Assembly (NCBI GenBank): GCA_028699255.1
Contig: JAQVUX010000002.1
Span: 107,520-171,519, forward strand
Direction: 5' to 3'
DNA from: Candidatus Omnitrophota bacterium
GTDB lineage: Bacteria; Omnitrophota; Gorgyraeia; 2-01-FULL-45-10
DNA: 64,000 nt
In this document: positions 54,468 to 62,344 of the stretch, piece by piece
How positions within the stretch are numbered: the stretch's first letter is position 1
How the letters are laid out: every line of letters starts with the position of its first letter
Notes under the pieces: generated by a model
Told to the model about the DNA's origin: nothing
The model's input: only the letters and a program-made list of their open reading frames with translations
The model's database searches: none
Translations under genes and position numbers: made by a program

Positions 54468-54941
54468 ATGTCGGAAATGTCGCTTTCGGAATTTGCGGAT
54501 AAAGTATCCGGGATGATGCCGGAATTTATGAGGGAGCTTTACCGGAAAGATCCCTGTGATCTTCATAAGATGCGCATTACGCTTCCTCAGCTCGCGATAA
54601 TGATAATACTCGAGCGTGGAGGGAGCCAAAACATGACGGACCTTGCGCGCACCATGAACGTGACTACTGCCGCCATGACCGGCATAGTGGAGCGGCTCGT
54701 CCGTGAAGGTTATGTGAAGCGCGAGCGCGACCCGGAAGACAGGCGTATAATAAAAGTAATAGCTACAACTAAGGGCATCAATGCCGCTCGGGGCGCCGAA
54801 CAGAGCAAGAAGAAGATGCTTGCGAGGGTCTTCGGCGTCATCTCAGCGAAGGAGCGCGCAGAGTATCTGAGGATATTAACCATCGTAAGAGACCGCCTCC
54901 GCGAGAAGAGGGCGGATGAGGAAAAGAAGGGGAAAGAATAA
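54468..54941 (+). CDS. MarR-family transcriptional regulator
   Basis: Winged-helix MarR core (ITLPQLAIMIIL...TDLARTMNVTTAAMTGIVERL). Confidence 0.85.
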   Translation: MSEMSLSEFADKVSGMMPEFMRELYRKDPCDLHKMRITLPQLAIMIILERGGSQNMTDLARTMNVTTAAMTGIVERLVREGYVKRERDPEDRRIIKVIATTKGINAARGAEQSKKKMLARVFGVISAKERAEYLRILTIVRDRLREKRADEEKKGKE

Positions 54942-54943
54942 GA

Positions 54944-56380
54944 GTGAAGAGATTTGTAGCGATTTTATTATTATTTTTTATTTTATTGAGTTTAGGCCCG
55001 GCGGATGTCCTGAGCGAAGGGACGGCCGTTTCCGCAAAAGAGCGTAAAAAGGCCGCGCAGGAACAAGCCTCCTACAGTGTGCCCGCGAAGGCTGAACCAA
55101 CGTCTAAAGCGATTTCTGATAACCCTGCATCCGCTCCCGCGGAGAAAACTCCGATTTGTTCAATAGCATTTACATTACCGGATTGCTACCAGATGGCCCT
55201 TATACAGAGCGAAATAATCGCTATAAACGCCGATCTTATAAAAGAAGCGGATGCGCACTTTCTGGTGGCTTTGTCTGAGATACTGCCGCACGCATCGTTT
55301 ATATCCGAAGACTATCAGGAGACAAAGCCTGCCGATAAAGGCACGACCTTCGGTACTTTAAAACCAGCCAAGAGCTCGACCAGATATTTTAACGTTACAC
55401 AGACGCTTTTTAACGGTTTCAAAGCCATAGCCGCGATACGTGGCGCCAAATACGAGAAGAACCAGCGTATCGATGAAAAGATACGCGCCGAACAGCTCCT
55501 CCTCGTCGACGTAGCGGACGCTTTTTATCTTTTGAAAGAGAGACGGGACGATCTTAAAGTTTTGAAAAAGACTCGGAAAGCGCTCGCGGATCGCGTTAAG
55601 GAACTGATAGCCCGCGAAAAATTGGGACGTTCGAAGCCAAGCGAAGTGGTAAACGTTAAAGCCCAGCTTTATAACGTCGAGGCGTCTATAGAACTGGCGA
55701 AGAGTAGAGAGATAACGGCGCGCCAGCTTTTGGAATTTCTCGTGGGACAGCCGGTCGGCGAAATATCGGATTCGTACCCATTTCCCATAAAACTAAACAT
55801 AGAAGAGTATTATGTTTTAAAAGCTTCCGACAGGCCCGACGTGAAGGCCGCGAAGTTTGCCTGGGAATTGTCGAAAGAAAATATCAGGGTGGTGGATAGC
55901 GGTTTCCTGCCCGAAGCCGATTTGTCGGGCAATTATTACGTCCAGCGTACGGGTTTTTATGAAAATACCGACTGGGATGTAATGCTTACCGTAAATGTGC
56001 CGATATTCGAAGGAACCGAAGTTTTGGGCAATTCCAAAGTGGCCAACCTGGAGGCGGATGAGCGAAAGCAGGAATATCATCGCGCGAAACGCAAAGCGCC
56101 TTACGATATTAAGGATTCTTACGCAAACCTCGTTGGAGCTATGGCCGTATATGAAGCGTTAAGGAAGGCGTATTCGGCGGCAAAGCTGAATTATCATTTG
56201 CAGAAGAAAGATTACGAGCGCAGTCTGGTCAGCAACCTTGATGTTTTGACGTCTATCCAGACGCTGGAAGACGCCGAGAGAGATTATATAAGCGCTTTGT
56301 ATGCGGCTAAGCGCCAGTACTGGCAGTTGCGCGTTGCGGTCGGGCAGAGCGGAACGGAGAGCTTGAATGACACTTTCTGA
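54944..56380 (+). CDS. Outer-membrane efflux protein (TolC/OEP family)
   Basis: Signal peptide; two OEP repeats (QTLFNGF; NLDVLTSIQTLEDAERDYISALYAAKRQYWQLRVAVG); GTG start. Confidence 0.8.
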   Translation: MKRFVAILLLFFILLSLGPADVLSEGTAVSAKERKKAAQEQASYSVPAKAEPTSKAISDNPASAPAEKTPICSIAFTLPDCYQMALIQSEIIAINADLIKEADAHFLVALSEILPHASFISEDYQETKPADKGTTFGTLKPAKSSTRYFNVTQTLFNGFKAIAAIRGAKYEKNQRIDEKIRAEQLLLVDVADAFYLLKERRDDLKVLKKTRKALADRVKELIAREKLGRSKPSEVVNVKAQLYNVEASIELAKSREITARQLLEFLVGQPVGEISDSYPFPIKLNIEEYYVLKASDRPDVKAAKFAWELSKENIRVVDSGFLPEADLSGNYYVQRTGFYENTDWDVMLTVNVPIFEGTEVLGNSKVANLEADERKQEYHRAKRKAPYDIKDSYANLVGAMAVYEALRKAYSAAKLNYHLQKKDYERSLVSNLDVLTSIQTLEDAERDYISALYAAKRQYWQLRVAVGQSGTESLNDTF

Positions 56381-59300
56381 CCTTTCGATAAAAAATCCGG
56401 TATTTGCGTGGATGATGATGGCCGCGCTTATTATATTCGGCATTATAAGCTACACACGCCTGGGTGTCGGGCAATTGCCTGACGTCGACTTCCCGATGGT
56501 TTCGATAAACCTTACGTGGGAAGGCGCGGCTCCCGAGGTAATGGAGACGGACGTCGTAGATATAGCTGAAGATTCCCTGATGAGCATACAGGGGGTGCGC
56601 GAAATATCGTCTTCCATACGCCAGGGGTCGGCAACTATAAGCGTAGAATTTGATCTGAATAAAAACATAGATGTCGCCGTCCAGGATGTCCAGTCGAAGA
56701 TCGACCAGGCGCAGAGGACACTGCCGAAAGAGCTCGATCCTGCCGTTGTAACAAAGGTTAACTCCGAAGACCATCCGATATTGATGCTGGCCGTTTCGTC
56801 CGATGGCAGGCCGTTACGCGACATAATGACCTATGTGCAGGATCATCTCAAGAATCAGTTCGCCACTATAAACGGCGTCGGTGACATATTCCTCGGAGGA
56901 TTCGTCGACAGGAATCTCAGGGTATGGGTTGACGCCAATAAGCTCGAGGCCTACCAGCTTACCGTGCAGGACGTAATAGATGCCGTAAAATCGGAACATG
57001 AGGAATTGCCCGCCGGTAGAATTGAAACGCCGATAAAAGAATTTAACGTAAGGGTAATGGGGGAGGCGGCTACCACAAAAGAATTTGAAAACCTCCTTAT
57101 ACCTAAAAGGTCGGGCCAGCCGGTATTCCGGCCGATATATTTAAAGGAAGTCGCGACTATCGAAGACGGACTTGCCGACGTCAGGCGCATAGCGCGATCG
57201 AACAAGCGTCAGACGGTGGCGCTCGGCATCCGCAAACAACGCGGCGCCAACGAGGTCGAAGTCGCGCACAAGATAATGGAACGGCTGGCGGAGATAAAAA
57301 AATACGCGCCTAAAGATATCGATATAGGTATCCGCTACAATAAAACGAAATTCAGCGAGGACTCGATACAGGAATTGATATTCACGCTGATACTCTCGGC
57401 TATAGTTACGTCGCTCGTTTGCTGGTTCTTTCTGGGTTCATGGAGCGCTACACTCAATATATTGCTCGCCATCCCGACGTCGGTGCTTGGAACCTTCATA
57501 GTCATATACTTTTTAGGTTTTACGCTGAACACGTTTACCGTCTTGGGACTGTCGCTCGCGATAGGTATAGTCGTCGACGACGCCATAATGGTGCTCGAAA
57601 ATATCGTGCGCTACAGGGAGAGAGGTGTCGAAAAAGTAGAAGCCGCGCGCAGGGGCGCCCGGCAGATAACATTCGCGGCCATCGCCGCGACGATAGCTCT
57701 GATCGCCATATTCCTGCCGGTCGCGTTCATGTACGGTATTATCGGAAAGTTCTTTTTCCAATACGGCGTTACAATATCGGTCGCGGTAGCGCTCTCGCTT
57801 CTGGAAGCGCTGACTCTGGCGCCAATGAGATGCTCGCAATTCCTGGAGGTCGGGTCGCGCCGCACCTTTATAGGTAAGGGCGTGGATTCCGGGTTCAAAT
57901 GGCTGGCTTCGACTTACCATTTTTTGCTGGAGAAGGCGCTTAGGGCAAGGATACTCGTTGTGATATTGGCGCTTGCCTTTTTCGCGGCGTCAATATTTTT
58001 CGTCGGCATTATGCGCAAAGAGTTTTTGCCGTCACAGGATATGAGCATGCTCATGTGCCGTCTTCAGACGCCGGTCGGCTCGTCGATCACATTAACCGAC
58101 GAGCGTTCCAAACTGGCCGAAGATTTTCTTATGAGCAGGCCCGAGGTTAGCGATTACTTTTCGCTCGTCGGTGGTTTCGGCAGTGGCGAGGTTAATTCAA
58201 GCGTTATGTTCGTAACGCTGAAAGATCCCAAGAAGAGGCCCATCGTACCGCCTAATAAAAAACCGCTTACCCAGGGCGAGTTGATGACGGTATTCCGTAA
58301 GGAATTGAACAAAATACCGGATACTAAGGCTACCATACAGGATCTGTCGCTGTCAGGTTTCTCGGCGCAGAGAGGTTTTCCCGTTGAATTTACCGTCAGA
58401 GGGCCGGACTGGGAGAAGCTGTCGGCGTATTCCGACGAGATACGCGCGAAGATGGAAGAGTCGAAGCTTATGCTCGACGTCGACACCGATTTTCTTGCCA
58501 AGATACCGGAGATACGCGTCGTACCGAACAGGCAAAAGGCCGACGACATGGGTGTGAGTGTTTCCGCTATCGGAAGCGCGGTGAACGCTTTGATAGGCGG
58601 CGAGCGTATCGCGAAATATACCAAGGATGGGCGGCGCTACGACGTTAGGGTGCGGCTTATGCCGTCCCAGCGCACCGAGGAAGAGGATATAGAGAAGCTG
58701 TGGGTGTGGAACAACCGCAACGAGCTCGTCCAGCTGAAGAATGTCGTAACTATAAGTTCGAAACCGACGCCGATGACTATAACCCGGCGCAATAGAGAGC
58801 GGGCCATTACGATATACGCGAACGTTGCGCCCGGAAAATCGCAGACGGACGCTTTTAAAGAGGTTGAGCGCATAACAAAAAGCGTTCTCCCCGAAGGTTA
58901 CAAGGCGGTATTCTCGGGTAGCGCTCAAACCGCTATCGAATCTTTGGTTAGCCTATTGATCGCTTTTATACTTGGTATACTTATCGCGTACATGGTGCTC
59001 GCGTCGCAATTCAATAGTTACCTGCATCCGCTGTCGGTATTATTCGCTCTGCCGTTCAGTATCTCGGGAGCGTTCATAAGCCTGTGGGTGTTTAACCAGT
59101 CGCTCAATATCTACAGTATGATCGGCCTTATCCTGCTGATGGGTATAGTAAAGAAGAACTCGATCCTCCTTGTAGACTTTACCAACCAGCATAGGGAGGC
59201 GGGACTCGAGGTTAAACCTGCGCTACTCAAGGCGTGCCCGATACGTCTGCGGCCGATACTCATGACGTCGATCGCTACCATATCCGCGGCGGTGCCGCCG

Positions 59301-59510
59301 GCGCTTGCCATAGGCCCGGGCGCTGAGACGCGCATCCCGATGTCCATAACCATTATAGGCGGCGTTATCGTCTCGACGCTATTTACGCTCTTCGTCGTGC
59401 CGTGTGTTTACAGTCTCTTTTCGAAATTAGAGCGCCGCCGCTACGACATCAAATTTGAGGACCTCGACGATAAAAATGACAGCGCGGTTGCCATGGAAGG
59501 CGATATTTAA
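56367..59510 (+). CDS. RND efflux transporter permease (AcrB/HAE-type)
   Basis: 1047 aa, 12 TM with two large periplasmic loops; AcrB-like N-terminus. Confidence 0.9.
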   Translation: MTLSDLSIKNPVFAWMMMAALIIFGIISYTRLGVGQLPDVDFPMVSINLTWEGAAPEVMETDVVDIAEDSLMSIQGVREISSSIRQGSATISVEFDLNKNIDVAVQDVQSKIDQAQRTLPKELDPAVVTKVNSEDHPILMLAVSSDGRPLRDIMTYVQDHLKNQFATINGVGDIFLGGFVDRNLRVWVDANKLEAYQLTVQDVIDAVKSEHEELPAGRIETPIKEFNVRVMGEAATTKEFENLLIPKRSGQPVFRPIYLKEVATIEDGLADVRRIARSNKRQTVALGIRKQRGANEVEVAHKIMERLAEIKKYAPKDIDIGIRYNKTKFSEDSIQELIFTLILSAIVTSLVCWFFLGSWSATLNILLAIPTSVLGTFIVIYFLGFTLNTFTVLGLSLAIGIVVDDAIMVLENIVRYRERGVEKVEAARRGARQITFAAIAATIALIAIFLPVAFMYGIIGKFFFQYGVTISVAVALSLLEALTLAPMRCSQFLEVGSRRTFIGKGVDSGFKWLASTYHFLLEKALRARILVVILALAFFAASIFFVGIMRKEFLPSQDMSMLMCRLQTPVGSSITLTDERSKLAEDFLMSRPEVSDYFSLVGGFGSGEVNSSVMFVTLKDPKKRPIVPPNKKPLTQGELMTVFRKELNKIPDTKATIQDLSLSGFSAQRGFPVEFTVRGPDWEKLSAYSDEIRAKMEESKLMLDVDTDFLAKIPEIRVVPNRQKADDMGVSVSAIGSAVNALIGGERIAKYTKDGRRYDVRVRLMPSQRTEEEDIEKLWVWNNRNELVQLKNVVTISSKPTPMTITRRNRERAITIYANVAPGKSQTDAFKEVERITKSVLPEGYKAVFSGSAQTAIESLVSLLIAFILGILIAYMVLASQFNSYLHPLSVLFALPFSISGAFISLWVFNQSLNIYSMIGLILLMGIVKKNSILLVDFTNQHREAGLEVKPALLKACPIRLRPILMTSIATISAAVPPALAIGPGAETRIPMSITIIGGVIVSTLFTLFVVPCVYSLFSKLERRRYDIKFEDLDDKNDSAVAMEGDI

Positions 59511-59526
59511 ATAAAATCAAAAAGAT

Positions 59527-59580
59527 TTGACAAATAATTAAATAAGTGCTATACTCATCCTCCAAAAATAAGGAGGATGA
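59527..59580 (+). promoter_or_regulatory. Consensus promoter AAAGATTTGACA-17-TATACT immediately followed by a 9-bp IR that includes the SD
   Basis: -35 at 59527-32, -10 at 59550-55; TCATCCTCC aaaaataa GGAGGATGA at 59555-80. Confidence 0.45.
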
Positions 59581-59581
59581 G

Positions 59582-61237
59582 ATGTTCCGCAAGACCAAAA
59601 TATTCGTAATTTTCTGTCTGGTGTTTACCGCAATACAAGCTCGCGCCCAGGAAATCTATCCCGGCAAAGACGGCAGTATAAAAAATATCGAAACGCGCGC
59701 CATGGTGGCCGATAACGGCCTCGCATATCTGGCTACACGTACCGCGCTCTACAGGACGCACGACGTGGCGCAGGGCGACAAATGGCAGGAGGTATTTTCG
59801 CTTCCACCCGGAGAGAACGAAGTCAATTCGCTTAATGCCCGCGGCAAGAATATCCTGCTCGGTACAAAACGCGGACTTTTCAGATCGGAAGATGGCGGCA
59901 GAACGTGGCAAAATGTCTTCAGGACGGTAATCCGCGAGAAGAGCAACATCCTGTCCATCGAGATATCCAGATATGATCCGCGGCGAGTGGCCATCTGTAC
60001 CATGAAAGGGCTGTATTTGAGCGAAGACTTCGGCTCGCATTGGTCGGATATCAGCGCAAATCTCAGGAATAAACGGATATCGTCCGCGGCCCTGAATAAG
60101 GACGCGATATACGCCGCGGGCGAGGACGGGCTGTACGCCAGGCGGGGCGGTCAGACGGCGTGGGAGCGCATCTACGTCGGCGGCGGGAGCGGTGGCGCGG
60201 GAGACGCCGCGGGAGGAGGCGCGGAGGCGGGTGCTGACTCTGAGGCGGGGGATGAGGCGGTGAGCGCGGCTGAGTACGAGGAGGCGGGCGGGGCGGGTGA
60301 ACTGGGCGCCGTCAGCTGTGTTACGGCCAGGGGTTCGCGTGTCTACGCTGGCGTCGGTAAGTCTGTCATGTACTCGGACGACGCAGGCGCGTCGTGGAAG
60401 AGCGTTGCCGGTAGCGGGCTGGGCGGGGCGGTCAATTACATCCTGCCGTCAAAAAACCCCGCGACATTATATTGCGCAACCACCAAAGGCGTATTCGAAT
60501 TCACTAATGAGAAGAGCGGTTGGGCGGAGCTTTACAAGGGCACGGAAAAGACTCTTAACGCTTCGCGGATATTATTCTGCGCTGAGGACGAGAAAGCGTT
60601 ATGGGCCGTTACGGAAAGAGGGCTCTACAAGTTAGAGACGGGCAGGTACTCGGCCGATCAATATGTGGACATCGAGCGTAACCTGAAATCGTTCAAGATA
60701 GCATTCGATAACGAGCCATCTTTCAGGGATCTACAGGACGCGGCGATAAAGTTCTGCGATGTGAGCCCGCAGAAAATACAGAGTTGGCATAGGGATTCTA
60801 AATTAAAGGCGCTTGTGCCGAAAGTTTCTGTGGGGCTCGGCAACAACCAGTCATCCAACACCGAGATATATACAAGCGCTACGCGTGATTATGCCGTGGT
60901 AGGCCCTGACGATTATTCCAATAACCTCGACTTTAGCGTATCCTGGGACCTTGGCAACCTCATCTGGAGCGATAACCAAACGAGCATCGACGTCCGCTCG
61001 CGGCTCAATACCCAGCTCAGGAACGACATCCTCGATAATTTGCGGAGGATCTATTATGAGAGGAAGCGCCTGCAGTTCGATCTGGTCTTCACCCCGCCAA
61101 AGGACATGCGTACGCGTTTCGAGCGGGAACTCCGCATCCAGGAACTGACCCAGGCGATCGACGACCTCACCGGCAACTACCTCTCGGATCATATTAAGGA
61201 AAGAAGTGATAAAGGGGAGGCAAAAAGTGGGATATAA
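59582..61237 (+). CDS. Secreted BNR/Asp-box beta-propeller protein with Gly/Ala/Glu/Asp low-complexity linker
   Basis: Signal peptide; SxDxGxTW boxes (SEDGGRTW, SEDFGSHW, SDDAGASW); acidic G/A-rich linker; start moved to ATG 59582 (the ORF-track start lies inside the promoter). Confidence 0.65.
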   Translation: MFRKTKIFVIFCLVFTAIQARAQEIYPGKDGSIKNIETRAMVADNGLAYLATRTALYRTHDVAQGDKWQEVFSLPPGENEVNSLNARGKNILLGTKRGLFRSEDGGRTWQNVFRTVIREKSNILSIEISRYDPRRVAICTMKGLYLSEDFGSHWSDISANLRNKRISSAALNKDAIYAAGEDGLYARRGGQTAWERIYVGGGSGGAGDAAGGGAEAGADSEAGDEAVSAAEYEEAGGAGELGAVSCVTARGSRVYAGVGKSVMYSDDAGASWKSVAGSGLGGAVNYILPSKNPATLYCATTKGVFEFTNEKSGWAELYKGTEKTLNASRILFCAEDEKALWAVTERGLYKLETGRYSADQYVDIERNLKSFKIAFDNEPSFRDLQDAAIKFCDVSPQKIQSWHRDSKLKALVPKVSVGLGNNQSSNTEIYTSATRDYAVVGPDDYSNNLDFSVSWDLGNLIWSDNQTSIDVRSRLNTQLRNDILDNLRRIYYERKRLQFDLVFTPPKDMRTRFERELRIQELTQAIDDLTGNYLSDHIKERSDKGEAKSGI

Positions 61238-61404
61238 GGGGTAAGCGAGGCAAAATCCCATCCCTGCTTAACTCTTTCATCCTTTAATTATCAAGACGGC
61301 ACTTGTGTTAAAAATCTCCATGGGGGGCGCGGTAATTATCAATCATTCGACGCTGTGAAATATATACACGCGCACTGTAGCGCAGAATAAAAATAAAAAA
61401 AGAT

Positions 61405-61433
61405 TTGACAAGTATACGCCAATGACGTATACT
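61405..61433 (+). promoter_or_regulatory. TA-module promoter AAAGATTTGACA-17-TATACT with GTATACG/CGTATAC operator
   Basis: -35 at 61405-10, -10 at 61428-33; IR at 61412-18 / 61426-32 overlapping the -10. Confidence 0.5.
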
Positions 61434-61452
61434 TATACCGTAAGGATATAGT

Positions 61453-61770
61453 ATGGAACTTATCGAAACCCCGATTTTTACAAAGAAAATAGTTGATCTT
61501 TTAAGTGATGATGAGTATCGGGAACTTCAATGGTTTTTGGCGATTAATCCCGAAGCGGGGCCGGTCATTCCAGGTGGCGGTGGCATAAGAAAATTACGTT
61601 GGAGTAGTAGTGGTAAAGGCAAAAGCGGAGGCATACGAGTTATTTACTACGTATATGCGAGAGGCGCAAAGATATATCTCCTGCTTCCGTATAAGAAATC
61701 AAGGCAAGAGGATTTAACAAAAGAGCAGTTAAAGATACTGTATGATTACATAAAAGGCGGTGTGCTATGA
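61453..61770 (+). CDS. higB: HigB-2 family (RelE/ParE superfamily) toxin
   Basis: GGGIRKLRWSSSGKGKSGGIRVIYY matches V. cholerae HigB-2 (GTGGLRKIRVASKGKGKRGGSRIIYY, recalled from memory). Confidence 0.75.
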   Translation: MELIETPIFTKKIVDLLSDDEYRELQWFLAINPEAGPVIPGGGGIRKLRWSSSGKGKSGGIRVIYYVYARGAKIYLLLPYKKSRQEDLTKEQLKILYDYIKGGVL

Positions 61771-62063
61771 AGAACAAAGACTTCGGAGATCTGTTAAGGA
61801 GTATCGACCAGGCGAGAAAGATACACGCCGGTAAGATGAAGGCTGGCAGGGTTACGAAATTTAATCCTGTTATGGTTAGGGCTATACGCTTAAAGCTTCA
61901 CGCTTCTCAGGCCGTCTTTGCCCATATGATTGGCGTGAGTATCGATACGCTTCAGAATTGGGAACAAGGGCGCAGACGGCCGGAGGGTCCGGCTTTGGCA
62001 TTACTCAGGATTGCCGAGATAAACCCTCGTATCGTCATAAAAGCTCTGCACGGAGCAAATTAA
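61767..62063 (+). CDS. higA: HigA-2-like XRE-family HTH antitoxin
   Basis: QAVFAHMIGVSIDTLQNWEQGRRRPEGPALALL; 4-nt overlap with the toxin gene. Confidence 0.75.
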   Translation: MKNKDFGDLLRSIDQARKIHAGKMKAGRVTKFNPVMVRAIRLKLHASQAVFAHMIGVSIDTLQNWEQGRRRPEGPALALLRIAEINPRIVIKALHGAN

Positions 62064-62080
62064 GAGGGGGGTTATTTTTT

Positions 62081-62203
62081 ATGCTGAATTCTATTAAAAT
62101 TGACCGCGTATCGGTGATAGCCATGTTGTTCGGCGCACTGATCGCCGAGATTAAGCCTAACAGTATAAGTGTTACTGATTCTGAAAGTCAGCATAGTTCT
62201 TGA
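62081..62203 (+). CDS. Possible 40-aa small protein downstream of the TA pair
   Basis: RBS GAGGGGGG 6 nt upstream of the ATG; MLNSIKIDRVSVIAMLFGALIAEIKP...; no homology evidence. Confidence 0.25.
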   Translation: MLNSIKIDRVSVIAMLFGALIAEIKPNSISVTDSESQHSS

Positions 62204-62225
62204 CAGTATGGGATAATTTTTTCTA

Positions 62226-62253
62226 TTGACAAAATGCGATATATTGGTATACT
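62226..62253 (+). promoter_or_regulatory. Promoter TTGACA-16-TATACT upstream of polA
   Basis: -35 at 62226-31, -10 at 62248-53. Confidence 0.4.
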
Positions 62254-62344
62254 TATACACGGTAATTGACAATTCTAATTTCTAATTTCCTTTCGAAAGA
62301 GTAGATAAATCCCAAAAACATAAGATGCCTGCAAAGTCCGTTTA

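Noticed and set aside
59546-59581. ORF-track start (ATG 59546) for the BNR protein
   Set aside because: It lies inside the predicted -10 element and hairpin, so a transcript from this promoter could not include it. ATG 59582 has AGGAGG at 5-nt spacing and begins a proper signal peptide.
61958-62203. 81-aa + strand ORF spanning the higA 3' end and the downstream spacer
   Set aside because: Its first half overlaps higA out of frame with no RBS. Only the last 40 codons (62081-62203), preceded by a strong RBS, were kept as a low-confidence small ORF.
62199-62294. Additional TTGACA hexamers at 62200 and 62266 as promoters
   Set aside because: Neither has an acceptable -10 element at 16-18 bp. 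Only the 62226/62248 pair qualifies.
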